64,000 bases of DNA from Sporopachydermia quercuum (taxonomy: Eukaryota). The notes beneath the pieces were generated by a model. It saw nothing but the letters and a program-made list of their open reading frames with translations, searched no databases and had not been told where the DNA came from. The first letter of the stretch is position 1. Every line of letters begins with the position of its first letter. Below, one piece after another: positions 51,662 through 63,470 of the stretch. Both the position numbers and the translations under genes were made by a program. Location: contig BCGN01000003.1 in NCBI GenBank assembly GCA_001599295.1, positions 1,798,001 to 1,862,000 on the forward strand. Direction: 5' to 3'.

Positions 51662-52984
51662 AAAACAAAATTTGTGAGGGTAAACAGGTAAGTACCAAGT
51701 AATGAAAGCAAATAAAACACCAAAGGCCTTAAATCGACACACAGAATTATTACTATTTGAATATAACGGTATAATTTCCAAATATAATAGCAGAACTAGA
51801 TATTCTATTCTTTATAACAGTAAAGCAGTAAATAAAATCTTGGTGAGAATGAAGGCAAAGGAAAAGGCTTGCACAAAGGAAAAGATAAGACGACGTAATT
51901 TGAGGGTGAGACATAAAAAACAGTACCCTGTTATGGGATAGGATAGACCCTCACAAAGAAGAAATTTTCTTAAGAGAAGGTTTTGAGAGCGTGAGAAAGA
52001 TTAATTGGATTTTCATTTCTTGGGACATAATCGGGACAAAATTTCTATTGTCAAACATAGGATATGGGGGCGAGTGTTGAGGTTGAGATTATGGTATGTC
52101 AGAGACCCATTTAAGCTTTCAATTGTGGGACGGGAATATAAGACACCAGTACACCTATACCTCAGGAGAGGAGCTTATTTTCATTTTTACTCATTTTTCT
52201 GTTTACTACATAATTGAAGCGTGTTTTTGATCAGTAAACGAAAAAATTATTGTTATAAATAGAACGATGTATAACATTTTTTTTCTTTTATCTACAATTC
52301 ATACGTGATCAAACAAAACAAAAGAACCATCTTTTCAGGTGTTAAGGTGTATATATGTCCAAGACCCTCTCTGAATTTATTCTTTTGTAACTATTCTGAT
52401 TAGATAATCATAAACAAAAACTGTTCATGTTCTTAAACGTAAACTCTATACGGAAAGTCTATTAGGATAAATCTCAACGTTACCATTTATTTATGGCTGT
52501 GCCAGACCATTATACATTATACGAGTTTCAACTGAAATATACTGAAAGATTATTTTGTCTGTATTTTATCTTATCACAGTAATCAGCCAAAAACTAATTC
52601 GTTTCCTTGTGCCTTTTAGAATTGAAGGTTGGGGCAACAGAAATAAGCTATGACGCCTCAACGTCATCAATCTCAAACACTAAGATCATAGCGTAGTGTC
52701 ATTAAATAAAGGTATCCGTACAATGTTACCGAACAGCATTTCCAATTCAAACCAATTGATAGTATGGGCTGATCATACAAGGAGTTCTTGAATGACACCT
52801 TGCCTGAAGTTACTTTTTAAATAGGGTGAATGCACGACTTCTAAGAATAACTTTTCAGAAACTCGTTAGCAGTTGTCAGGTTCTTGACTGATCTATGAGG
52901 TACAACAAGTTGACGGAGAAAGAACATCATAGAGCAAGGTACCAGGACAGAAGAACCAAACTTGATATACGAAACAGATAAGAA

Positions 52985-53453
52985 ATGTTTAAGAAATGTG
53001 AGTCTGAATCCAGAGCGAGAGAACCATTTACTCAAGATATGCATACTAATAAATCATCAAATAGCTAATAGGCCTTCACCTGAGGATGAATTCGAAGGAG
53101 TGAGTGCTTTCCCTACCCAGGCTATTGAAATCTCAACTGCTGATACAATTCCTGGTCGACATGTTCTTAGAACTCATGGAATTGTCACAGGAACATCCGT
53201 AAGAATTCGTAACACGTTTGTTAATCTAGGAGCAAGTTTCAAATCACTTGCTGGTGGAGAATTAAAGTCAGTCACTAAAAATATCAATAGCTCACGCACT
53301 GAAGCTATGGAAAGGATGATTGAAGCTGCCAAAGAATTGGGAGCCAATGGTATTATTGCTTTCAGATTTGATACAGCTACAGGAAGTTTTGGTGGTAATT
53401 CTGATAGTTATACTTCCATTTGCTGTTATGGTACTGCTGTGACTATTCAATGA
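52985..53453 (+). CDS. YbjQ/UPF0145-family protein (putative heavy-metal-binding), 2 exons (~133 aa)
   Basis: 'TADTIPG...GIVTG...SFKSLAGGEL...RTEAMERMIEAAKELGANGIIAFRFD...YGTAVT'. Exon 1 ATG TTT AAG AAA T (52985-52997), intron GTGAGT...TACTAAT...TAG (52998-53064). Confidence 0.85.
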
Positions 53454-54789
53454 GCAAGCTCTTGATACATCGTGAGTCGACAGTAGTAATAGCCTGTATC
53501 TATGGAACTCTGGGTGTATTCTGGTAGTTTACGTCTAATCGGACAAACATGCGACAATTATAAAAAGAATGCCACTTTCATCAACTGCAAAGCTGACTCG
53601 TTTCCATATCTTTACCAAGCTCTCAACAATTTCTACTACGAAACAGGTTACTCATCGCTTGGCCCATTTGTAATTGGTCATCATTGAACTCCTACCAAAG
53701 GTATGCGCTTGTCCACCATAACCTATGACGATAGACTGCAAGTCTTTCATAATTAATCAGAGTGTATTTTTAACCATTATTGAGAAAATAAAGGAATAAT
53801 TTATCAACAGGTTCCATTTAATCATTCTTTGCTCATCTCCTAAGCTATCTCATATTTCCCCACAAAGAGCTTATCACGTGTCCTTATTTCCCACACAAAT
53901 AAGGTTTAAGACAATTCCGACAATTCTGCCTCCAAATGTCATTATTTCATCACATGATCTCCAGTAAACCCCCACCATAGTGCGCTGCCAATTGTATCAT
54001 TTGCTGCAGCCTATTTTCTATACACACTAGATGCTATTGCAGGAATACAAGAACACTCTAAATAACTAAAAATATACCTTCACATCCGCCTTTTCGATAT
54101 ACCTTTCAACATTATCATTTTGAAAACCATGAACACTGCCTTCACATTGGATTCATCAAATCAACCTGACATTTTCTACAGCCCCAATATTGTCCTTCGT
54201 CCTACGTCCTCCCCCTATGTCCTATCATCACCCTATGTCCTCCATGACATTCCTCCGACTTCCACCATTGGATCTACATACCTCACAGCATTACCACTCC
54301 TTTTCCTATGTTTAACTCCAATGTCTACCTCATTTCTATCGCCAATCCATCAATAGAGAAAAAGTAATGAATGGCCTTTCTACCACTCCGGTATCCTTTT
54401 TGTCACATCTGAAAATAGGTCTACATAGCAAAATCTACTCTTCTGTTCACTGCGTACTAGCTACCTTCTATTTGTCATTCCTTGCACTAAGACATAAACC
54501 CCGAACTCCGATCAGGGAACACTGTACAGGATTTTATCATTTAGAAACTCCGTTTCTTCAACAACAGCAGCAATAAAAAGGTCAGGAAAGGTCAATCCAT
54601 CAATATTTTTGGCTGAGTTGTTGTTGAAAATCTGCTAGGAACATTTGATTCAATATTCAGGCGATTGTCACGAGGATAACATAGTGTTGTCAGTGCGCCT
54701 GTGGGATTTCTACTTACTGTCGCGTACAAAGTACATCAAACAGGTCATCACAATCACCAGCACTACAAGAACTATTACCACAAATACCA

Positions 54790-57700
54790 ATGGCTACTCG
54801 TGCTGAAAGCGCCTTGGCCGTCAACATCAAAAAGGCCACTAACTCTGACGAAACTTCTCCTAAACGTAAACATGTCAGAGCCTGTATTGTCTACACTTGG
54901 GACTATCAGTCGTCAAGAGCTTTCTGGAATGGCCTGAAACTCCAACCCCTGCATGACGATCAAGTCCAAGTGTTTAAAGCGTTAATCACCATCCATAAAG
55001 TTCTTCAAGAAGGCCATCCGAAGACTCTGATTGAAGCTCAAAGCAACGTTGGGTTTATCCAATCTCTCGGTAAATCCACCATCACGGCTGGTGGTGGGAA
55101 CACTGAAGGTCGCAAAGGTTATGGCCGTTTAATCAGAGAATACGTCGATTTTCTCATGCGGAAGCTTGCATTCCATAAATCGCATCCTGAATTCAACGGT
55201 ACGTTTGAATACGAAGAATATGTCAGTTTGAAGAGCATTAGTGACCCCAATGAAGGCTATGAGACAATTTTGGATCTCATGACGTTGCAGGACAGCATCG
55301 ATGACTTCCAGAAGCTTATTTTTGCTTCTATTTCTAACTACGGCAAAAACGAATGCAAAGTTTCCTCTTTGGTGCCAATGGTAGCTGAAAGCTACGGTAT
55401 ATATAGATTCGTCACGTCTATGCTTAGAGCTATGCACCACGCAACTGGGTCTGACGAAGCCCTGGAACCACTAAGACAAAGATATGATTCGCAGCATATG
55501 CGGTTACGGGATTTCTATGCTGACTGTTCTACGGTTAAGTATCTTACGTCTTTAATCACTGTACCCAAGCTGCGGATTGAGCCTCCTAATCTGTTCAAGG
55601 ACGACGAGGACAGCGATGAGTTTGCACCTTCAGTTCCCGCACGACCTCGAAAGGAAGCGAAACCCGAACGTGAACGTACCGAATCGCCAATCAGCGTCCA
55701 GACTACTTCCGCCACCGGAACCCCCGAGCCCGTGACCGATTTCTGGTCCCAGCAACAGGCCCAACAGGCTCAGCTCGCACAGCAGCAGTACGAAGAAGAA
55801 CAACGGCGTCTGCAGCAGGAACAGCAGCTTGCCTTGCGGCAGCAGCAGGAACAGGCCTTAGAACAGCAGCGCCAGTTCGAGGACATGCAGCGCCAGCAAC
55901 TCGAGGCCCAGAAACTCGCCCAGCAGCGCCTCATCCAGGACCAGCTCGCCCAGCAAACGCAAGGCAGAGTCGCTGAGCTCGAACGCGACCTCCTCAACTA
56001 CAAAGGGCAGTATGACCAAGACCAGCTGTTGCTCCAACAGTATGACCAACGGGTTAAAACCTTGGAAACAGAACTGCAGCAGTTGAATTTGGCTTCCAGC
56101 CAGCAGTTCCAGTCGAAAGACGAGTTGATTGCTACTCTTCAGGAGAAAATTAACCAATGGCAGAAGAAATACGAAGCGTTAGCAAAGCTCTATTCCCAAT
56201 TACGTAAAGAGCACATTGAGCTTCTCAACAAGCTGAAGACTTTCCAACAGAAAGCTGCCAGTGCCCAGGAAGCTATTGAAAAGAAGGAAAAGATGGAACG
56301 GGACATGAAGGCCAAGAACATTGAGCTGGCCGACTTGATCCGGGAACGGGACCGCGCGCGGTACGAGCTAGACAAGCTCCGAGGCGGCCAAAAGGACGAA
56401 ATCGAGAAACTCGAGCGGGAAATCTCGTTGCTGAAAGACCAATTGTCCAAAAGCGAGAAAAGCTCCAGTTCTAACGTTATGCTGCTGTTGAATCAACACC
56501 AGAAGGAAGTAGAAGATCTCCAACGGCAATTGGCTGAACGGGAGGAAGAAATCGCCGATTTGAAGAAGAGCAAGGCTTCCGCTTCAGCTTCCGACGGCGA
56601 GCTCCATGAACAATTGAGAGAAAAAGAGGAAGAACTAGAAATCATGCAAGCTACAATGGACAACGCCTTGAAGGAGCTCGCCGACCAGCAAAAGGCCAAC
56701 GAAGACGCTCTAGACGAACAGATTGACCAGGTTTTACTTGAACAGCTCGCTAAACTGTCGCATATCATCGATTCTGTATTATTAAACGGGGCAAAACGCG
56801 TCCAGGACTCAATCTACGAATTGGATTCTCCTATGCAAGCAGGAAATCTCAATGCTTCTCCTTCTTATTTGCTTTCAGTGATTGAAAAAGCTTCTAATTC
56901 TGCTACTGATTTTGCTACTGCGTTCAACAATTTCATAGCCGATGGTCCCAACGGTGACCATTCAGCAATCATTGAAAACGTAACTGTGTTTTCCTCTGCT
57001 ATCTCTGATTTAGTACTGGATTCCAAGGGAGTCACTCGGTTGGCCAAGAACGACGATGAGAGTGAAATGATAGTTGCATTGGCCAGAAATGTTGCTTTAT
57101 CAGCCGAGCATTTCTTCACCAGCTTGACGTCAGAGAAATTGGCCAAATTGTCTGATGAGGATAAGACCGAGAAGGTGATTTTGAGTAATATGGAAGTGCA
57201 AGAGAACCTGCAGAGTCTGTCGCATTTGGCTGAAAGAATGGTGCCCAAGTCGTTGCTGAATGACACCAGCACCAAAGATTTGGGTCAATTGGTTGATAGT
57301 GAAATGGAGAAAGCAGCATTGGCTATTCAGAAGGCCAGTGAACGGTTAACTGAACTGTTAGCTAAGCCCAAGGATCCAAGTCTTTCGTCTATTGATCTAC
57401 AAGTGAACCAGGCTATATTGGCAGCAGCTATTGCTGTTACCAATGCAATTGCTATGTTGATGAAGGCAGCTACAGACTGTCAAATGGAAATTGTAGCTCA
57501 GGGTAAAGGAACTGATTCTAAGGCAGCATTTTATAGGAAACATAATAGATGGACCGAAGGATTGATTTCCGCTGCGAAAGCAGTTGCAGGATCTACAAAT
57601 ATCTTGATAGAGACTGCCGACGGTNTTTTGAGCTCTGCAAATACGCCAGAACAGCTGATTGTTGCGTCCAACGAAGTCGCAGCATCAACGGCTCAATTAG

Positions 57701-58002
57701 TGGCAGCATCGAGAGTTAAAGCTACGTTTATGAGCAAGACCCAAGATAAATTAGAGTACGCATCTAAAGCTGTTACATCAGCATGCCGGTCTTTGGTCAA
57801 TCAAGTAAAGGAGATATTGGCGAAGAAACAAGAGGAGGAAGCTGTGGTTGATTATTCGAAGTTGACACCTCATGAGTTTAAGACTACGGAGATGGAGCAG
57901 CAGGTGGAGATTTTGAAATTGGAGAACTCTTTGAACGCGGCAAGGAAAAGACTAGGCGAAATTAGAAAATTCAGCTATCAAGATGATAGCGATGAAGAAT
58001 AG
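54790..58002 (+). CDS. SLA2: Endocytic adaptor Sla2/End4 (ANTH, coiled coil, I/LWEQ)
   Basis: 'ETSPKRKHVRACIVYTWD', 'FNGTFEYEEY', Q-rich coiled coil, 'FYRKHNRWTEGLISAAKAVA', 'EMEQQVEILKLE'. Confidence 0.97.
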   Translation: MATRAESALAVNIKKATNSDETSPKRKHVRACIVYTWDYQSSRAFWNGLKLQPLHDDQVQVFKALITIHKVLQEGHPKTLIEAQSNVGFIQSLGKSTITAGGGNTEGRKGYGRLIREYVDFLMRKLAFHKSHPEFNGTFEYEEYVSLKSISDPNEGYETILDLMTLQDSIDDFQKLIFASISNYGKNECKVSSLVPMVAESYGIYRFVTSMLRAMHHATGSDEALEPLRQRYDSQHMRLRDFYADCSTVKYLTSLITVPKLRIEPPNLFKDDEDSDEFAPSVPARPRKEAKPERERTESPISVQTTSATGTPEPVTDFWSQQQAQQAQLAQQQYEEEQRRLQQEQQLALRQQQEQALEQQRQFEDMQRQQLEAQKLAQQRLIQDQLAQQTQGRVAELERDLLNYKGQYDQDQLLLQQYDQRVKTLETELQQLNLASSQQFQSKDELIATLQEKINQWQKKYEALAKLYSQLRKEHIELLNKLKTFQQKAASAQEAIEKKEKMERDMKAKNIELADLIRERDRARYELDKLRGGQKDEIEKLEREISLLKDQLSKSEKSSSSNVMLLLNQHQKEVEDLQRQLAEREEEIADLKKSKASASASDGELHEQLREKEEELEIMQATMDNALKELADQQKANEDALDEQIDQVLLEQLAKLSHIIDSVLLNGAKRVQDSIYELDSPMQAGNLNASPSYLLSVIEKASNSATDFATAFNNFIADGPNGDHSAIIENVTVFSSAISDLVLDSKGVTRLAKNDDESEMIVALARNVALSAEHFFTSLTSEKLAKLSDEDKTEKVILSNMEVQENLQSLSHLAERMVPKSLLNDTSTKDLGQLVDSEMEKAALAIQKASERLTELLAKPKDPSLSSIDLQVNQAILAAAIAVTNAIAMLMKAATDCQMEIVAQGKGTDSKAAFYRKHNRWTEGLISAAKAVAGSTNILIETADGXLSSANTPEQLIVASNEVAASTAQLVAASRVKATFMSKTQDKLEYASKAVTSACRSLVNQVKEILAKKQEEEAVVDYSKLTPHEFKTTEMEQQVEILKLENSLNAARKRLGEIRKFSYQDDSDEE

Positions 58003-58059
58003 AGGTAGAGAATAGTTTGTACATGTTCACATAAATCCATTTTCCTATTTATATTGTAA

Positions 58060-58813
58060 TTAATTATTCCTCTTATAGCTAGCTTTAGATCTCATCCGTT
58101 TATTTGAGAACTACGAAAATGGTTAGGATTTGGTGAGGTGCAGGAAGTCCAGGAACACGTAAATCTATACTTACCCATATGCGTACTTGCGTCGGTGTCA
58201 TATTACACTTCTGAGCTATTAATTGCCTTTCTTTACTATTTGGAGATCTCATAATGTCGAACACTGCTTCCAGAAACTCTTTAACATGACTTGGTATGAT
58301 AGTTCTTGTTCTCCTAGAATTATTTTTGTCGATAGAAAAAGACTCTCCGGCTGAAATGGGCGAACCTTTAGAATCCGAGCCAATGGATGAGTTATACGAC
58401 ATCGAGCAAAGTTTAGAACATGCATTTGAGAAAGATTTACAGTAGGATTCTATCAACGGCCCAACAAGTTTTCCAAATGAAGGATCATTGGGAAAGTCCT
58501 TACCAAATTAGTTAGTTTTTATTATTTTCAAAGGATGCTTTGAAAAGAAACCCCAAAACAATTCACTTAATTCACTTACTTTCAAAAGATTTCTCAACGA
58601 ATCTTGGTACAATAGACTTAAATCTTCGATTGACTTGCATTGACTTTCTGTTAGTGAAGGGAAATGGTCAATTGCAAACATTTTGGAGTAATCAACTTTT
58701 GATTCGTATTCATGTTGGGATTCCAAAAAGTTACTGTATGTACTTTCAGTAGATTCTGTCAGCTTAACAATACTGTCAATAGAATCGAGTAATGAAGAAA
58801 CTTCTTGATTCAT
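58060..58813 (-). CDS. MATa1: Mating-type homeodomain protein a1, 3 exons (~202 aa)
   Basis: Exons 58813-58580, 58498-58175, 58110-58060. Removing intron 58174-58111 (GTAAGT...CCTAAC...TAG) gives helix 3 'QVRIW|FSNKRMRSK'; upstream 'RRTRTII...FLEAVF...SPNSKERQLIAQKC'. Convergent with SLA2. Confidence 0.92.
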
Positions 58814-59977
58814 TTTGTAATTACCAGTATCCTGGTATTGGAAGCAGATGATTTGAGAAATTATAAACAAACCAAATAAATAATATTATCAACTTCGATT
58901 CGAAGTAAGAAATAATAAAAAATAGAAAAGGAAAACAAGGTACTTTTTATATGGTTTACTTAGGTCATTCTATAATGAGTTTATCCAGCTAGCATTTATT
59001 ATTGAAATTAGCTCAAGCAACTAATTCTCAATAAGTTGTCATAGATCCATCGATGTTTGAAAGCAGATCGAGTTTCTGATCTGTTTCGTCAAAATGTTCC
59101 TTACCATAGATTTTCCTTTATATATAAATTCATCTATTTGTTTGTTCTGTTGTTATATGTCTGTACACTTTGCTTTTTCTGTTTTGCGAGAATATCATTT
59201 ATTGGGGAAAATTCCGATGGCAGAGCGTCAAATTGACTTGTTTCTTACCCATTAATTAACTTTATCCAAATTTAGAGTTCGACAGTACTCCTACCTCTCA
59301 AGAATATAACTAGCTTGAAACAATTAGGAACTCGTTAATTTTGCTCCATTCTATTTGATATTAATGATTACACCGATGATGACTAAAACCCTCCAATTAG
59401 TTGGGATTCAAACTGAGGCAATAACCATTGGATGATCACACCCATATTCCCATGAGGCATTCAACCTGAATTTGCACACATATAGGCAAACTTTGAAATC
59501 CCTTTTGTTTTTGTTTGCTAACAGATAAAATACAATATTCTTATCTATTTTGTGCAAGTACTTCTCCTAAACTGTAGAAAGACACCTTTTCTTTTACTTC
59601 AACCTTCAAGATTGAGTTGTATCCCAAAGAGGAAACTATCAGAATAATTTTAATGAACTCCTCTTAAAATTGTTCTTGTAATACTTGTTTCAGAATCACC
59701 ATTGCCAAACATTTTTATCATTAACGCAAAACAAATAACTAAGTTTGAAGCTGAAACGGCTAAGGAAGCATCAATCAACCATATAGAACGTAGGTGATAG
59801 TATTGATAAATGACTATAAATAAGACCTGATCGCAAGACAGACGTGATGCAAAAGTTAACATGATGAGACTATTTAAATATTAGAATCTCTGAACATAAC
59901 TTCCATAAGACATTAAGTAGACTCAGAAACTTAGTTCCATTACAGCTATATAAAATTCTAATTGACTGCTTGCTAAA

Positions 59978-61048
59978 ATGAGTTCTCAAGATGAGCGGCA
60001 GAGAAGCTCTACCTTCTCAACTTCAGCTGCAGCTCAGTTCTTCACTTCTTGCATTATTCCTCGGATTCGAACAAAGTCTCCACCCACAGTAGTGACACTG
60101 GAACAAAAACTACAGCTGAACATACAATTAACAGAAAATAAGTCACCAAGAACCAGACAAGACCTGTCAAGTACCTCATGTCCATCTTCATACTCATCCT
60201 TATACCCATCTTCTCATCATTGTTCTTTATATCTGCTTGATGATGGAACCACAAACAATAAAGATCTGGTATGCAAAGCATCTTGTATCTTTCAACTCAA
60301 ACTAAAACTGCAGAATAGTAAACTAGAGGACAAGGATAACCTTCCCATATATTCCACAACTGAAGCGCCAATGAACAAAAATGAAGTGAATTACAGATTT
60401 GTTGACTATGGCCAACACGAGTTTACTCCATTTTCCGAAGACATTATGAAACAAGACCATAAGGTCAGAGGACTGAAAGGTAAAAATGGATCGATCCCCA
60501 GGCCAAAGAACAGTTTTATGATAGCAAGATTTCTGCTGAATCCTTGTATTAGAAAGTATATCACAGATGATTTACCACAAATTTCAAGAACTATGTCAGT
60601 TGTAAGTTTGGAAGACTTGAGGATTGTTTTTTATTTTTTATTTTTCTTTTCTTTAATAATTAATTGCAAATCTGACCGTATAAATTTCTTATAGTTCTGG
60701 AGCAATGTTAAGTCTTCTCCAATAATGCTTGCCTATTATATGTACTTGGCTCAGTCTGAGCAGGCATGGCACTCAACTGTTTATCGCACATACAAGTACA
60801 AGCCAGATAAAGGAAAAAGGCCAAAGCAAAAAATCTCTGACGAACAAATAGGGTCTGATAAACCGCACCTAACACAAAAAGATTTTGAGCATTTACCCAA
60901 ATTTGTGGCCGCTAATAAGAAGCCATACAAGAGAATTAAATATGTGGTTGAACAGAGAGTATCGAAAGCGAAACAGAAACCCTCAATAAGTACTACGCAG
61001 AATGTTCAACGACTTGATAGGATGAGAATTGAAGTTCTCCTAAACTGA
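59978..61048 (+). CDS. MATa2: Mating-type HMG-box protein a2, 2 exons (up to ~325 aa; true start may be downstream)
   Basis: 'IPRPKNSFMIAR...QISRTMSV|FWSNV...YYMYLAQSEQAWHSTVYRTYKYKP' after removing intron 60602-60694 (GTAAGT...TCTGAC...TAG). Divergent from MATa1. Confidence 0.9.
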
Positions 61049-63393
61049 GGTTATTTAGTTTAGGAGGACATCCAACAAGTCAAAAGGGCCTTCAGCGATC
61101 ACCATGATTTAGCATCACATCCTAGTTGTTCTACAATGGAACAAAAAATATCACTCATGGTACCATTTGACATGAGACCTAGTAGAGGAATCTTTTTCAA
61201 TTTAGCCTTGCGCCCTTTATAGGACACTTCCCTTCACATATATATAGAAAAGTCAAAAAAATATGGGGAATTTCGTAGTTAAGACAAAGTAGTCCGTACA
61301 GAAACAAGTCTTTAATTCAAGGTATATATATGCAAGAACCATGCACTCACCAAGTGTACTATTAATGGATGCATATATGCTTAACTACCTGGTACATCAA
61401 ATTCATTCCAGGACTGGCTGCATTTATTATTTCTTTGAGACGTAATTATATTCTGAAAAAGTCCTAGTAAATTATCCATTCTCTTTCATTTTGTACTAAT
61501 TTCGTTACATACACTACGCTACTGAGTCTGGGTACAAATACAAACATAACTGTCAATACTGACAAGAGTATACAATTGCTTTTCTCAGAATAAAATTCTA
61601 ATAGACTTGTAACTTAAATAAAAAATCGCCTACCATTCTTGTCCAAAAGGTGGCACGTAGTTGCGTATACGATTAGTTTCGGTTAGCACTTGTTCACATA
61701 ATATAATTAGGTTTGTAGCAAAGGGGTGGTTCCAAAACTTCAAAGTGCCCAACGATGTTCTACCTGCCCTAGCAAGGAGGCAATTCAACTGTTGACTCTA
61801 CTACAATCAAAACTATGACAAATCTACAAATTTAAATAAAGTGAACCCAGAAATAATTTTAAAAATAACTCAAAAATTTGACTTTAGTTACAGACAATTG
61901 AATAAAGGCAAATATAAAAGCAACATTTCTTAGAACGTCAACCATTCACTCATTCTATTCGTCCAGATAACATTCAGAAAGTTCCTATTAAAGATTTTGA
62001 TGTGACGTGACATACATTATCAATATCTTCGGAAATAACTCTGACAACTCTTTTCACCCGTGTAAGAAAGGGTATGGATGACTGATATTGCTTTTAGAAT
62101 AGCTCTTTCTTCCACTGCACACTATACAAAGTTCCCATTGTCCTCACATTGGAATAAAATAACTTCGTTACCAGTAGCAATATAAACATGGTCATAAATG
62201 AACCGATTGCATTTCTCTTTCCTTCCAACTTATATATCCTTCGACCCTTGATGATGGTCACAGTCTGATGTTGCCTTTGATATAAGCGAACGGCTACATC
62301 CCTACAATTTTTAAAACCGCTTTTGGGGTAATTCCAAAGTAGAAGGCAATATTGCATTTTTTCATGAATTATTATATAAACCAAAACATATGTTTCCGGT
62401 AGCTATGGAAGTTTGCGTTTCTTTTTCACTCTTTCAATTCCAATTAGTAACCATTATTGACATCTAAGTAGTTACTATATAGTAATGGAACTGGAGAATC
62501 GTTTCTACACACAGCCTATGCAGGCTCTTCACGAGCAGCGATATAGCATAAGAGTTTCTATATTGAAACTCATTAGCCTTAGCATAGCCTTAGTCCATGG
62601 GTAGGCTTCTGCTTTTGTCAAATTCCTTTCCATGATACATGAGGGATTGTAATCATTCTGCCAAAACAATCCTGACCTGCAATGTTTAAGCTACATCCTG
62701 TTCAAAAGTTCCATAAGGACGATCCATACGAACCAATGATGCTGAATAATCATTCTTATCATATATTAAGGTAAAAATAGACTAAAAGTTCCATCTTTCT
62801 CCTTAGTGATATCTAGTAGGTAACTTCTCTTAAACTACTCACCAAATAGTTCAAAGGAACAGTTTTTCGTGATTTCTTCGCAAGTTCTATGTCGCACGAC
62901 TCAGATATCCCTAGGCATTAGCTGGATGAACAGTACGTGCTTTATTGCACAGTCTTCAGGGAACAAGACTCAGTCAATTTTCACTAGCCTAAATTGGTTC
63001 AAAACAGTAGTGAGTGCTCTTAAACTTTGTCTTTAAATGATCTGTGAGAGCAGGGTGGTATTGCTATGCTCTTTACTTACGCATTCTATAGTAAAAGTAA
63101 AATTGGACCTGGCTATTCCATATTTCGGTATTCCATACTTATCGCAACTCCTTTGAATTATGAGCAAAGCCTTCATTGTTTGGTTTACTCGCTTTTATTA
63201 TTTCTATATGCGTACCCCAACGTACCAGCCAGTTTTCAGTATCAGTTTATACAATTTTCGCCTTTCCTTTGCATAAATTTAGATTCCCATCCAATCAGTC
63301 ACATATAATAGAGGTCCCAACATATTCACACGCCAATGACGAGGTAGAGACTCCCCACGTGTCATCATAAAATGGTTTAATCTTCAAACTAAA

Positions 63394-63470
63394 AGCTGGG
63401 TAGTGTAGTGGTAATATGAGACGCCTGCACCGGAATTCACGAAGTCGGGGTTCGAACCCCTCCTGAGCTA
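63394..63470 (+). pseudogene. Degenerate tRNA / tRNA-like element with intact Pol III A and B boxes
   Basis: A box TAGTGTAGTGG (63401-63411), T-arm GGGG-TTCGAA-CCCC, acceptor AGCTGGG/CTGAGCT with one G:G mismatch. The anticodon arm does not pair canonically (CTGCA present) and there is no immediate T-run terminator. Confidence 0.6.

Noticed and set aside
1..58000. Inverted or direct copy of MAT or SLA2 sequences elsewhere in the window
   Set aside because: None was seen by eye. A partner repeat would be expected beyond position 64000, and a self-dotplot is needed to be sure.
58100..58870. Two separate ORFs (118 and 120 aa) suggesting a broken MATa1
   Set aside because: Two introns with valid splice signals join them in frame into one intact gene.
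62094..62384. 96-aa ORF as a possible MATalpha2 remnant
   Set aside because: Non-ATG start and no homeodomain signature such as WxxNxR.
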